Shown: positions 16,089 through 25,889 of the stretch, one piece after another
How the letters are laid out: each line of letters starts with the position of its first letter
Position numbering within the stretch: the stretch's first letter is position 1
From: a virus
Taxonomy: Duplodnaviria; Caudoviricetes
DNA length: 29,904 nucleotides
Direction: 5' to 3' (one strand)
IMG/VR virus record: IMGVR_UViG_3300017707_000587
Span: 1-29,904 of that record
Translations under genes and position numbers: made by a program
The notes under the pieces: generated by a model
The model's input: only the letters and a program-made list of their open reading frames with translations
The model's database searches: none
Told to the model about the DNA's origin: nothing

Positions 16089-18676
16089 TAGAATCGTTTA
16101 TGGCGTATCACTTTTGTAATGCCAGCCTGTTTTAACTTCGTTTCAAAGACGCGCTCCGCCTGATTGTAATCAAGTCCGCTTTCTGGCTTATCTTCCACCG
16201 CCTTTTTCACCTGCAAAAGCCCGTTAATAATGGCTGATTGATACAAATTATCGCTTGTTGATGCCGTGCTGATCGTGTCGGTACTCATTGCGCCCGTCAG
16301 TTCTGGCATGAAAATATTCTCAAACGCCCACTTTTTAGCACCCTGAAACCCATCTTTGTTGACCATTGTCACTAGTCCTGCCGTTTCTTCCGTGCCTTTT
16401 GCCGTTACAACCGATTCACCTGCTGAGAATCTGATCAGGTTGCTGTCAGATGTTCCCGTTCCTTTACCTTTGAAGTCCTCGACACCCGTAGCAAATGACC
16501 CTGAGATAGCGTCAGCGATTGCGCGTACTGCTATTGTCTGCGTGAAAGCCTTAGCCGCAGCGTCTATACTTCCGTCTTTAGCGTATGCCTTTGTAAATTC
16601 CACAAATAACTCCGAGAACTCTTTCGCTTTTTCAACTTTGCGGCGCTGTTCATCTAACTCAGCTTGCTTTGCTATGTTCTCAGCTTTTTTCTGCTGCATT
16701 AGCGAATAAGTGTTGTCCAATCCTGCTAGTTGGCGGTCTGATTGTCGTTGCAGTTCATCGTCAATGAGCGTCGATTCATCCTGCAAAGCCTTTTCTTTTG
16801 CTGCTAAACGACGGTCAACGCCTTTAAAATAAGCATCGCTAAACGCCTCTTCGAGTGAAATCAGATAGTCTAATTCCTCCTGACGTTTGCGTTTTTCTTC
16901 TTCGCGTTGCTTTTGCTCTGCTAATTTCTTAGCCCGATACGCATCTTCTTCACGTTGGCGTTTGTCTTTCTGGTCTTGAATCCACAATTTATGTTGATGC
17001 TTCTGCCACTTCAACCTATCAGCCGCCCGTTTGCGTTCGTCCGCCTGAGCCGCTTCCGCCTCGTCGTTGACCGATTTAATAGCCGCCTCCCATTCCTTTT
17101 GCCAGTCGTCTGAATCCTTCTTTGCGTCCTTTCCTGTCATTCCTAGTCGCTGATCTAGCGTCTTATTATTTTGAGGGTTTAAAATCTCGCTACGGGCCTT
17201 TAAAAGGCGGTTTAATTGTTCCTCCATTCCTGCAATACTTCCCTCCAAACCGCTCACATCTTCACCGCGCATACGTGCTTTTGCCAGTTCTCCGCGATAA
17301 CGGTTGATAGTCAACTGAGCATCTAGGATTCTTTGATTCAGGTAAAGCACTTTATTACCAGCTCCATCAATCGCATTAACTCCAGAAAGTGTGTTATCAA
17401 CTATTCCAGACCACGCATCGGACGCAGTTTTTTTGAACTTATTCATGGCAAATGTAGCCGCGTCAATTTCGCCCGTGATCAAATCCCAATGTTGCAAGAA
17501 TTGATAGCCTGTATTTACCAAATATTCCCCGATCTGCTCTTTCAGATCGTCAAAGCGATTCATCAGAACTTTGTAACGTCCTTCAGTAGTTGTTGCAGCA
17601 TCTGCCGCTGCCCCTTCAAACTTTGTTAACTTATCTAGAATGATATTGTAATTCTCCGCTTTACTTCCCGTGTCTTCAAAGCCAAGCCCTACCGTTTTTA
17701 AGCCCTTTGTTTGACCGTTGATACCCTTAATGACTGTATCTGTTGCCGTTGCTAAATCAACGCCCTGAACCGTCGCTAAATCAAGGATTTTCGGCATTAA
17801 CTTTTCAACTTCGTCGGACAACAAACCGTAATTGACTAACTGCGTTTGCGCCGCCGTGATGTCGTCGTCAGAGAATATGCCGCCAGTAGCCTGAAGTTTT
17901 GCGCTCTGTTCCTGTAATTTGATAAACGCCGCCTCACCTTCACCACCAACATTATTCAATGCAAACGCCAAAGCATTAGCGTTTTTCTCCGCATCGGCAA
18001 AAGACTTAATCGAATCAACGAAAAAATCTTTTACTGCCGCAACACCAATGCCGATACCCAGACCGCCCAGTAAATTCTTAAAGCCAGTAACCACACCGCC
18101 CCATGCAGACGCGTAATTACCTACGTTACGCTGATGCTGACCTAGTGACGCGTCAATAGTCTTTAACTGTCGGTCTAACTGATTCGCTGCCGCTGCCGCT
18201 GCTTTCGCTTCTTTGCTTTCTGCGCCATACGCAACCGCTAAGTTTTTAGCCTCACGAACCAGTTCCCGATGCTTTGCCGAAAGTTTGCCGTATTCGTCCG
18301 TAGCCTGTCGGTTTACTTTGTTTAGTTCCTTCTGCTTTTGAATCTCAGCCTGTGATGCGCGTTTAATTTCTTCTTTCTTCCGCAACTCTTCAGCGCGGAT
18401 ATTAGCCAATGTTTCAGCAACTAATATACGCTGCTTCTGGGCTTCCGTTAGTGCAATCTCAGCGGCGTTGATGTCGTTAATAGCCTCCGCTTGTTGTTGC
18501 ATTTGCTTTAACGTGGTAGGGTTGCCGTTCAGATTCTTCGCGGCTTCAGCACCTACGCGCGTAATAGTGCCTATCAAATCCTGCAACTGAGCATCGAAAC
18601 GCTCCGCTGATTGCGTAGCATCCATGAATATGTCGGATTCAATTATATCCTCGTGCCTGATCTTATCCTCTGCCAT
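16088..18676 (-). CDS. Tape measure protein
   Basis: 862 aa, Ala-rich helical; LGQHQRNVGNY motif, coiled coils and C-terminal FATG...GTGTSDS...GESV motif. Confidence 0.85.
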   Translation of the reverse strand: MAEDKIRHEDIIESDIFMDATQSAERFDAQLQDLIGTITRVGAEAAKNLNGNPTTLKQMQQQAEAINDINAAEIALTEAQKQRILVAETLANIRAEELRKKEEIKRASQAEIQKQKELNKVNRQATDEYGKLSAKHRELVREAKNLAVAYGAESKEAKAAAAAANQLDRQLKTIDASLGQHQRNVGNYASAWGGVVTGFKNLLGGLGIGIGVAAVKDFFVDSIKSFADAEKNANALAFALNNVGGEGEAAFIKLQEQSAKLQATGGIFSDDDITAAQTQLVNYGLLSDEVEKLMPKILDLATVQGVDLATATDTVIKGINGQTKGLKTVGLGFEDTGSKAENYNIILDKLTKFEGAAADAATTTEGRYKVLMNRFDDLKEQIGEYLVNTGYQFLQHWDLITGEIDAATFAMNKFKKTASDAWSGIVDNTLSGVNAIDGAGNKVLYLNQRILDAQLTINRYRGELAKARMRGEDVSGLEGSIAGMEEQLNRLLKARSEILNPQNNKTLDQRLGMTGKDAKKDSDDWQKEWEAAIKSVNDEAEAAQADERKRAADRLKWQKHQHKLWIQDQKDKRQREEDAYRAKKLAEQKQREEEKRKRQEELDYLISLEEAFSDAYFKGVDRRLAAKEKALQDESTLIDDELQRQSDRQLAGLDNTYSLMQQKKAENIAKQAELDEQRRKVEKAKEFSELFVEFTKAYAKDGSIDAAAKAFTQTIAVRAIADAISGSFATGVEDFKGKGTGTSDSNLIRFSAGESVVTAKGTEETAGLVTMVNKDGFQGAKKWAFENIFMPELTGAMSTDTISTASTSDNLYQSAIINGLLQVKKAVEDKPESGLDYNQAERVFETKLKQAGITKVIRHKRF

Positions 18677-19160
18677 TGGTATTTGTTTTTTTTCGTTTCT
18701 TCATCAACTTGACGTATGTGAAAAACTCCGCAACAGTTACTTTATAGTGATCAATTGCAACGCCTCTGCTCTGTTCGATCAACGCTTTCACCTCGAAAAA
18801 ATCCCCCTCACCCTGATCGTTGGCTTTCATCAACGCGTTCAACTCCTCCTCCTCAATTTTAATCTCAGTGTTCAGCGTCTTATTGCCCGTCTGCATTTTC
18901 TGAACTTTCAACTTCGCTATGTAACACCGCTTTTTATGAATCTCCAATAACTCAGGCGAAAACCCGAACCGATCAATATATCCTTCATAAACCGCCTCCC
19001 ACTTTTTACTCAGTACCTTATTCAGATACTTGCTTTTCACTTTAACCCTCAGTAGATGCGAGTAATCATTCGTCTTATGTATCTGCCACCAGTAATATAT
19101 CGGGAGTTCGTCGATGCTTTCATAGACGTTACCCGATAATCGCTTTTCTAGTTTCAGCAA
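18663..19160 (-). CDS. Putative tail assembly chaperone (start uncertain; TTG 19160 chosen to limit overlap)
   Basis: Immediately upstream of the tape measure gene; YESIDELPIYYW...ID..KVTVAEFF. Confidence 0.55.
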   Translation of the reverse strand: MLKLEKRLSGNVYESIDELPIYYWWQIHKTNDYSHLLRVKVKSKYLNKVLSKKWEAVYEGYIDRFGFSPELLEIHKKRCYIAKLKVQKMQTGNKTLNTEIKIEEEELNALMKANDQGEGDFFEVKALIEQSRGVAIDHYKVTVAEFFTYVKLMKKRKKTNTNGRG

Positions 19161-19587
19161 GCATTGATTCTCGTACCTCTGGGATAATTTCCTGAACGGA
19201 TTCTTGAGTAAGTCCCACGATCTTACCAAAAACTTTTTCCAAATCATTTCCATCTTTTACGCTGTCGGCTGTGATTGTGAAGCCGTCCGATTGATTTACA
19301 AATCTGAACGACTGATAAAATTCTCCTGTGTCATTAAGTGTAATGTGATCGAATCGCTGACCTTTCTCAATCTTACCAGAGAAATTCGATGTTCCGTAAA
19401 TAGTCGCAAGTGAGTATTCACCTAACGATCTACCTTCTGCGTCAACGCCTTTGTTATACAACTGCGATGTGGTATTAAGGTCAATGATTTGCGCCTGAAG
19501 ATTTTTGTCTTCAAATACTTTGAACGCGATCTTGTTTTCATCAAGTTCACGCACGCGTTTAGCCATATCTCTGAGTTTACCTAGCAT
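19129..19587 (-). CDS. Neck / tail-completion protein (virion-morphogenesis-like; start ATG 19587)
   Basis: YS..T....K...G...HITLNDTGEFYQS motif typical of neck/morphogenesis proteins. Confidence 0.65.
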   Translation of the reverse strand: MLGKLRDMAKRVRELDENKIAFKVFEDKNLQAQIIDLNTTSQLYNKGVDAEGRSLGEYSLATIYGTSNFSGKIEKGQRFDHITLNDTGEFYQSFRFVNQSDGFTITADSVKDGNDLEKVFGKIVGLTQESVQEIIPEVRESMLAETRKAIIG

Positions 19588-19599
19588 TGTATTTATGTA

Positions 19600-19630
19600 A
19601 TAAAGCCCCCACATTAACGCAGGGGCTAAA
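19600..19630 (-). terminator. Terminator-like hairpin after the tail tube gene
   Basis: Minus strand AGCCCCT-GCGTTAATGT-GGGGGCT then TTATTA. Confidence 0.55.
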
Positions 19631-19655
19631 CCATTAACGCATCAACCCCGATTAA

Positions 19656-20600
19656 TTACGTGGTCGGGATTTCGATTTCCTCAGCGATTACTGAAGCAAA
19701 GTCGTAACCAGTCTGAGTTGGCGTAAGACGCAACACATCTCCGATTGTTTGTGATGTGAAAGTGAATGTATAAACACCGTCAGCCTCAGTTACTGTTGAG
19801 ATCGTTACAGAAGCTGCGTCTGTTACGTTGTAAAGTGCGAAATCACCAGATACAAGTCCTTCAACGCGTACAGGATTAATCGGAGTGCCGTAACCCTGAA
19901 CGCGAAGATCAGCGGTGAACTCAGTTTGTGAGATGTTAGAAATTACCGCGCAAACTGTTTTCAATCCTGACAACTGATTCAGATCATAACCTGCTTCAGT
20001 TGCTGTGATCATGCGGAGATTTTTATCCTGCTCTGTCTGTTTCCAGTTGAATGAAATCATGAGTTTCTGAGTAGCCGCGTTTGTCTTTTTCATAAAGCGC
20101 GGATCGAATGAACCAGAATCAACAGCGATAGGATAAAGGTACAACGGGTCGCAATCGTCCTGACCTGTTCCGAGTGAACCGATAAGGTTTCCGTTTACGT
20201 CAACAACATAGAACCCGAAATCCTGACAGCGGAAAGTTTCGAGGTTTCCGAGTAAGATTTGAGTTCCACCTGTTGACCCAGTGATGACAGCGGAGAAAGT
20301 GCGAACGCCCTGCTGAATAAATTCAGTAGAGTTGTCCTCGAATGTTTCTTTGATTGATTCCGCGCGTTCGTCAACTGCATTTTTCATTGCAGGTAGCGGA
20401 TACCAACGCACTGTTGTATCAGCGTTGTTAATCAATGCTTCCCAATACGCTTGGTTAAGAGTTGCGGAAAGAGTGATTTTGTTGCGGTTGCCGTCTGCAT
20501 CTTTCAGCGGAACAGCGATAAGTTTGTTTGCAATCTCAAGGATTGGAGTACACGCCGTACCCGTGTTACTCAGTGATGCGTTACAGTCGCAAGCTTGCAT
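19656..20600 (-). CDS. Major tail (tube) protein (start probably ATG 20600, MQACDC)
   Basis: 314 aa; ETFEDNS..FIQQGVRTF; C-terminal Ig-like segment; has its own leader and terminator. Confidence 0.7.
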   Translation of the reverse strand: MQACDCNASLSNTGTACTPILEIANKLIAVPLKDADGNRNKITLSATLNQAYWEALINNADTTVRWYPLPAMKNAVDERAESIKETFEDNSTEFIQQGVRTFSAVITGSTGGTQILLGNLETFRCQDFGFYVVDVNGNLIGSLGTGQDDCDPLYLYPIAVDSGSFDPRFMKKTNAATQKLMISFNWKQTEQDKNLRMITATEAGYDLNQLSGLKTVCAVISNISQTEFTADLRVQGYGTPINPVRVEGLVSGDFALYNVTDAASVTISTVTEADGVYTFTFTSQTIGDVLRLTPTQTGYDFASVIAEEIEIPTT

Positions 20601-20658
20601 GGTTATTTGTGTTTTTGGTTTTACGTCTTTTAGTCGATCAACCGCAGGGAAACACAAA

Positions 20659-20701
20659 CAGCCGACTAAGGAAGATTTGTATTTCTCCTGTTAGTCGGCT
20701 G
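20659..20701 (-). promoter_or_regulatory. 11-bp perfect inverted repeat in the tail-tube leader
   Basis: CAGCCGACTAA (20659-20669) / TTAGTCGGCTG (20691-20701). Confidence 0.6.
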
Positions 20702-20734
20702 ATCTAGGCGTAAAAATAACAAAAAAACATCATG

Positions 20735-21676
20735 TTACAACTCCGAGTAATATTTTTTTAATTGGTTGCCGATCGGATTAATATCATGCTTTCTTAGCAT
20801 CCAATCGTAATGATCCAATTTAATCCGCTTTATTTGCTCCTGACTAAGTGAAATAAGGTAGTCGATAGTGCCTGTAAATTCTGATTCCGTATGCGCTAGG
20901 AATAGTGGAGAATATCCGTAAACCTTCTCATAAGCATCTCGGTAAATGTTCTGAGTTAACACTATTTTACCCATAGCCGCCGCCTCAAATGCCGTAACCC
21001 CGTGACAACCGTATGGCTTCCCGTTCAACTCAGCCTTAAATAACTCAATGTAAACGTCACATTTAAACATTCTGATTAGGTTCTGATCGTGTCCAGTAAG
21101 CCCGTCGGAGTATTCAAAATGCAATTTATCCCCGTATGCCGCCATCATTCGGCGTATATCTGGCGACCCTTTTACTTCAGGCTTACTAGGGAAGTGCGAA
21201 AACCATAGCTTAGACGCCATTAGAGGCTCATATCCTGAAGGATTTACCGTTTCCAACACTTCATTCACGTCGATGGCTGCTGACGCGTAGGTTAGCGTGG
21301 AATCGTGAATCAGGAACTCGCACTGATCGGTAAAATGTCGCTTTACTCCGATCTGTTCAAAATTATTCCTTACCTTTTCAGGTTCTGCCCGATATTCGCT
21401 ACCCGTGTGCCATACGTTAATGACTTTGCCGCGTAGTGACGCAGCCTCTATCAGGTTTGCAATCGGTTTTGCTGAGTGATACACGTTGATAATGTCAGCC
21501 CAACGCATCAGCCTCATGATCTCGGAAGGTGCTAAAACAGGCGCTTGCGTTCGATAACCAAACTGATGTGGCTTCAATTTCGCCTCCATCACGTCAACAC
21601 CGACTGACTTTAATGCCTTAGTGTGTCCGTGCATTAGGTTGGCATAGTCGTCGTAGCTTACGTTAAGTATTTTCAT
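20735..21676 (-). CDS. GT-B fold glycosyltransferase (GT4-like)
   Basis: MKILNV, WADIINVYH, HFPS...KG, CDVYIE, HGVTAFEAAAMGKIVL donor-binding motif. Confidence 0.75.
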   Translation of the reverse strand: MKILNVSYDDYANLMHGHTKALKSVGVDVMEAKLKPHQFGYRTQAPVLAPSEIMRLMRWADIINVYHSAKPIANLIEAASLRGKVINVWHTGSEYRAEPEKVRNNFEQIGVKRHFTDQCEFLIHDSTLTYASAAIDVNEVLETVNPSGYEPLMASKLWFSHFPSKPEVKGSPDIRRMMAAYGDKLHFEYSDGLTGHDQNLIRMFKCDVYIELFKAELNGKPYGCHGVTAFEAAAMGKIVLTQNIYRDAYEKVYGYSPLFLAHTESEFTGTIDYLISLSQEQIKRIKLDHYDWMLRKHDINPIGNQLKKYYSEL

Positions 21677-22254
21677 TCAGGCGTGTATTGAATCAACAAA
21701 ACTTTCTCGGTCAGGTAATTTGAATATGACACCTTCCATCCTTTCATTAACTCATGCAAAAGCGGCTCGGTGATCTTGAATGTGTGATACTGATCAGGCT
21801 CAATGTCAATTCCAGTAAGAAAGATAATCGACTTCTTAGCGATACCCTTCATATTGTTGCAAGCCTTAACCAGATCGTGCATAGAATCCAATGCAGCAAA
21901 GCAAACAATAGTATCAAATTCGCCGTACTGAATCGCAAACATATTCGGATGCGCGTCTTCGATCTTTAACCCAGTAACCTGATCGTTAACAGGAAACGCG
22001 TCAACACCCATGTACTTAACATTCGGGTAGTGCTGTTCAAGGATTCTGCCAATACTCATATCACCACATCCGACATCAAGTACCGAATTTCCGATACCAG
22101 CCCCGTGCTGAATGATTCCGCGTAGGTGTCTGTGATAATCCGCAACAATGTTTTCGCACTTTGCATTATCACTTACTCCTGTTGATCTCCGCTTGATGAG
22201 ATTACCCGTTGCGGATTCCCATTTAGTCTTAGTGGTTTTAGTTTCCTGTGTCAT
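21673..22254 (-). CDS. Class I SAM-dependent methyltransferase
   Basis: SVLDVGCG (motif I), YMGVD, FDTIVCFAALD. Confidence 0.85.
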   Translation of the reverse strand: MTQETKTTKTKWESATGNLIKRRSTGVSDNAKCENIVADYHRHLRGIIQHGAGIGNSVLDVGCGDMSIGRILEQHYPNVKYMGVDAFPVNDQVTGLKIEDAHPNMFAIQYGEFDTIVCFAALDSMHDLVKACNNMKGIAKKSIIFLTGIDIEPDQYHTFKITEPLLHELMKGWKVSYSNYLTEKVLLIQYTPE

Positions 22255-22997
22255 TTTCCAAATTCATTATCGGTTAATAGATTTCTTTTAGGTCGCTTCA
22301 CTATCTGCTCGTAAATGCGGTATTTGTACTGAACACCCAACCGCTTTAACGTGCCAGATGGTAAATTCTTATTGTAAATGTAAATAGGTTCTCTGATTAT
22401 TCCAATACGATCCTTTCCGCACATCTCCAAACAGCTAAACATTACCTCGCTTTCCGTTGTCGAATCAATCCATTTTCCAAATAGTTTGAAATCGCATGAA
22501 GGAATCCGATCGAATAGAAACTTGTAAAAAGTATTCGGTGCTGTCGATCTGTATTTAACCTGACGATAATCGCGCGTGTTGTGGACGTATGCGTCAAAGT
22601 CAAGATCGAAATTCTCAGGTAGCCCTTCACCGTTCTGGTCTATCCAGTTTCCGTATGTCATCCACTTACCTGATACATATTGCTCCGCGATCTTCTCCAG
22701 TGCGTTCGGCAGTAGCCTGTCATCCATTCCGACCAATACCACTACGTCAGTTTTGTCGCCGAAGTTCTGCAACACTTCCAATCTTCGTTTTGCCGCACCT
22801 TCGTTTTTCTTATGGTAAATCTTGAAAAATCGTGGATCGGTTACAGTTTTCTCAATGGTGTATTCGGTTGTATCGGTTGACCCGTCAGAAACGAACACGC
22901 ACGCGAAGTTACGATACGTCTGCGCTACTATTGATTCATAGCAAGCCCTAACGTACTTTGTACAATTGTACCCCGTTACGACTACAATAAATCGCAT
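22251..22997 (-). CDS. GT-A glycosyltransferase family 2
   Basis: VVVTGYN...V..C.ESI.AQTY.NF...FVSDGSTD, KNEGAA; the usual DxD reads GMDD. Confidence 0.85.
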   Translation of the reverse strand: MRFIVVVTGYNCTKYVRACYESIVAQTYRNFACVFVSDGSTDTTEYTIEKTVTDPRFFKIYHKKNEGAAKRRLEVLQNFGDKTDVVVLVGMDDRLLPNALEKIAEQYVSGKWMTYGNWIDQNGEGLPENFDLDFDAYVHNTRDYRQVKYRSTAPNTFYKFLFDRIPSCDFKLFGKWIDSTTESEVMFSCLEMCGKDRIGIIREPIYIYNKNLPSGTLKRLGVQYKYRIYEQIVKRPKRNLLTDNEFGK

Positions 22998-23350
22998 TAC
23001 TCCGATACTGTTTCAGTTGTAGGCTCTTCAAAATCTTCGCTGCCCCATTTACCGAGTACGGAAGTAGCCATGAGCGCATCCCAGTTTTTATTGAACTGGT
23101 ACTCTGACTTTCCTTCGAGGAATTGAATCTTTTGATCTGCGTCGAAAATCACTTTCCCGTTTTCGTCAGTTAAGAGGAATTCCTTTTTCAGGAAATCAAT
23201 ATCGCGGTTCAACGCGTCGATGTAAACCTGATTCTCTTTGTAGAAATCGGCAATGCGTCCTTTCATCAGTTCAGCTAGTACGCTTCCGCCTTGCTGAAGT
23301 TGTACGATCTGTTTGTGGTACGAATGGAGTAATCCTTTTGTAAGTGTCAT
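22997..23350 (-). CDS. Hypothetical protein
   Basis: 117 aa; TAATG coupling to the GT2 gene. Confidence 0.6.
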   Translation of the reverse strand: MTLTKGLLHSYHKQIVQLQQGGSVLAELMKGRIADFYKENQVYIDALNRDIDFLKKEFLLTDENGKVIFDADQKIQFLEGKSEYQFNKNWDALMATSVLGKWGSEDFEEPTTETVSE

Positions 23351-23381
23351 TTGTCGGCTGTATTAGTTTCGGCTAAGATAA

Positions 23382-23525
23382 TCAAAAAACCAAATACGCA
23401 ATTAACATCCAGAATAAAATGCAACCCAATGAAATTACAAGGCATCCCGTCTTTGTTCGCGTTGCCTCGTATGTTTCGCGCTCCTGCGGATAGCGCGTCT
23501 GCTCAAATGGTCTGTTCGTTCGCAT
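23382..23525 (-). CDS. 47-aa small membrane protein (not in the ORF track)
   Basis: MRTNRPFEQTRYPQERETYEATRTKTGCLVISLGCILFWMLIAYLVF; starts 8 nt after the upstream stop, same strand as the operon. Confidence 0.55.
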   Translation of the reverse strand: MRTNRPFEQTRYPQERETYEATRTKTGCLVISLGCILFWMLIAYLVF

Positions 23526-23533
23526 CTGTTAAA

Positions 23534-24259
23534 TTAATGTGCAACGTATGCAGGACAAACGTCCGTACAAGTGTGATCTTTGCGAATCTTTAACTCAGTA
23601 AAACGCATCTCCCACCCTGATAAATTGTCAACGAAGAAATTCGCTAACGATCCTTTGTTGGTTACATATGCTCCGAATTTATACTGTGGAATCGTACCGA
23701 ATCGAAAACCGTTTGTGTCGAATGACATTTTATCGGCTTTGATTGCTTCGATTAGTGCCGTGTACATTCGTGTCATAGGCTTGATGCAACGATCATGAAT
23801 GTCTGACGTTAGCCATTTGCCATGATCTGAATCGGTAACGGCGTACAATCTGAAATTAACCGTGCGCTCAATCGGGTCTTCGTCGTCTTCGTAGTTCTGT
23901 TCTTCGTAGTTCAGCAACAAATAGAACATCGGATATTTGTCTTCTGAGTTCGATATTGCTTTAATGTCGTTGCCCGTTTCAATCGGAGTGCCGTAAAAAA
24001 AGATAGGGCGGTAAATGTTAAACGTGAATACTGTAATCGGATTTGCTCCAGTAAGCGTCAGTACGTTTGTCGCGTAGTTGATCGCCGTCACAGTGTACTC
24101 ATTCGCTCCGATTGTAACCGCGCGACCTACCTGAATCCATTTCACATCACACACTTCTACGGTATGCGTTGTGCCTGTATAGCTGTAATCCGTTATGGTC
24201 ATTGATACGTCAATGTCCTGAATCACGCTGTATAGTATGTCGCTTAGTTCTGTTTTCAT
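23534..24259 (-). CDS. Neck / tail-terminator-like virion protein
   Basis: DKYPMFYLL, F.D.LSG.E patterns; follows the adaptor gene with no gap. Confidence 0.55.
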   Translation of the reverse strand: MKTELSDILYSVIQDIDVSMTITDYSYTGTTHTVEVCDVKWIQVGRAVTIGANEYTVTAINYATNVLTLTGANPITVFTFNIYRPIFFYGTPIETGNDIKAISNSEDKYPMFYLLLNYEEQNYEDDEDPIERTVNFRLYAVTDSDHGKWLTSDIHDRCIKPMTRMYTALIEAIKADKMSFDTNGFRFGTIPQYKFGAYVTNKGSLANFFVDNLSGWEMRFTELKIRKDHTCTDVCPAYVAH

Positions 24260-24811
24260 TTAGAAAATAGGGCTGAAACGGAAATCCAAACAATGACCAT
24301 TAAACTCAGTATATAGCATATCGGGGTCAGTAGGGTACACTCTAGGTGCTTCGTATTTGATATACCAGTAAATTGCCTCTGACGTACTCTGTGCCTCATT
24401 CCATTTACGTTCAGCAAAGCGATACGCTCCTTCTGGAGATAGTACCGATCCGTTCTCTGTTACTGATACCGTCACGCCGTTAGTCGTTAATTGCGCTGCG
24501 TTCTCAGTTACGAAGTGATAAAACACCAAAGCCGATAGAAAATCAACCATTCCGCGCGAATGATATTGAACGCCAGTCCGTGTTGATGAATCAAAATAGA
24601 ACTCGTCCTGAATAACTGTAAACCGCGCCTCCTGCGATGCGTTAGCAAGATCAGCTATAAATAACTCCGCCAACTCAACACCGAGCAACTGACATAAGTA
24701 CATTTTCTCATAACGGTCAATGTAAGTCTGTAATAATGCGAGTGTTTCCCGTGCGTTTGACGTAGGTATGTTGAAATATCCAGTAAAGTCGGACGTTGTG
24801 AGTAGTATCAT
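24260..24811 (-). CDS. Head-tail adaptor / head-completion protein
   Basis: YIDRYE..YL..LLG.EL...F...L and GM..FL...V.YHF patterns; positioned after the capsid gene. Confidence 0.65.
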   Translation of the reverse strand: MILLTTSDFTGYFNIPTSNARETLALLQTYIDRYEKMYLCQLLGVELAELFIADLANASQEARFTVIQDEFYFDSSTRTGVQYHSRGMVDFLSALVFYHFVTENAAQLTTNGVTVSVTENGSVLSPEGAYRFAERKWNEAQSTSEAIYWYIKYEAPRVYPTDPDMLYTEFNGHCLDFRFSPIF

Positions 24812-25677
24812 GGTCTATCAATTATACCGCGTTCCTGCCAGTTTATTGCCTGTTTCCCTGTTACGTGTAAGATTTTACCGAATAACGGATGCCGTCGATC
24901 GGTTATCTGTACGTCATAGGTGTTATCAGGTACGAAGATAAGATTTTTTCGCAAAGTGCGACACGCAATTAATTCAGGTAGAAAGTGTTTTTCAATGTCC
25001 GAATTTGCCACAATCCTATCCTCGGCGTGAATAAACTTCCAATTGGTCAGCGATACGTGCGGATGCTTTATGTCAACAGCGCAACCGCCAGCATCAGCCA
25101 TTGTGATAATATCCTCCCCGATGCCTCGTCGCTTCATTTGCTTCGTACTTGACGAATCAAGACCTCGATTCAGTTTCTCAGCTTGCCAAGGTCTGAAATC
25201 CATACGCTCCAATACCTCCCGACTGAAGCAACGCCCTGCACCGATAGAACGGGGCGCGTTTTTGTACCCCAGTGAATTGTAACCTCCGAAGTATAGCGTC
25301 TGATCCTGCGAAATTGAATAGAAATATAGGTCTTTTAAGCCGACTAAATTTGTATGCGTGGGCTTTACGTTGTTGATATAGTATTGCACTATCTCAGGCG
25401 AGATAAGATCGTCCGAGCCTGTAAGGATTACAAGGTCAGGATCATGGGGTTTGGTTGCCTCAAATAGCGCGTTAAACTTCTGCGAAAGGGGCTGATTCGG
25501 GTATTCAAGGTATCCCCAGCCAGTATTGGTACACAGTTGCTCCGATTTCTTACCCTCCGACCCTACGGCAATAGGTATAACTAAGCCGCTGTCTATTGAT
25601 AGTTTAGCGTAGTAATCCAATACAATCTTCGTCAGGTCATGCCGTCCGAATACGGCTGTAACGATGCAAATCTTCAT
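24808..25677 (-). CDS. GT-A fold glycosyltransferase (GT2-like)
   Basis: MKICIVTAVFGRH, YPNQPLSQKFN, VILTGSDDLIS, IGAGR. Confidence 0.7.
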   Translation of the reverse strand: MKICIVTAVFGRHDLTKIVLDYYAKLSIDSGLVIPIAVGSEGKKSEQLCTNTGWGYLEYPNQPLSQKFNALFEATKPHDPDLVILTGSDDLISPEIVQYYINNVKPTHTNLVGLKDLYFYSISQDQTLYFGGYNSLGYKNAPRSIGAGRCFSREVLERMDFRPWQAEKLNRGLDSSSTKQMKRRGIGEDIITMADAGGCAVDIKHPHVSLTNWKFIHAEDRIVANSDIEKHFLPELIACRTLRKNLIFVPDNTYDVQITDRRHPLFGKILHVTGKQAINWQERGIIDRP

Positions 25678-25868
25678 TTGCCTAGTGATTTAAGTAATGC
25701 AGCATATCCGCGTTTAGCCCAGTTATTTTTGCAAGCCGCACATACCCAAGCATCGCACACGTTGCAATATCGCACCATGCGTAACGATGAATCATTATGC
25801 ACCAATCTATGAACGTCGCAAATTCCCTCGCGTCGTTTACCGCCTCCGCATGATTTACACTTTGCCAT
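25674..25868 (-). CDS. Small Cys-rich (zinc-finger-like) protein (start ATG 25868)
   Basis: CKSC, CDVH, CNVC, CAAC within 64 aa. Confidence 0.6.
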   Translation of the reverse strand: MAKCKSCGGGKRREGICDVHRLVHNDSSLRMVRYCNVCDAWVCAACKNNWAKRGYAALLKSLGK

Positions 25869-25889
25869 TGATATAGTCGGCTGTTTCGA

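Noticed and set aside
18663-19253. Programmed frameshift in the tail chaperone region
   Set aside because: The overlap with the upstream gene can be explained by a later TTG start, and I found no convincing slippery heptamer or G/GT gene pair.
19612-19641. Direct repeat CATTAACGCA x2 near the tail-tube terminator
   Set aside because: Only 10 bp and two copies; no function can be supported.
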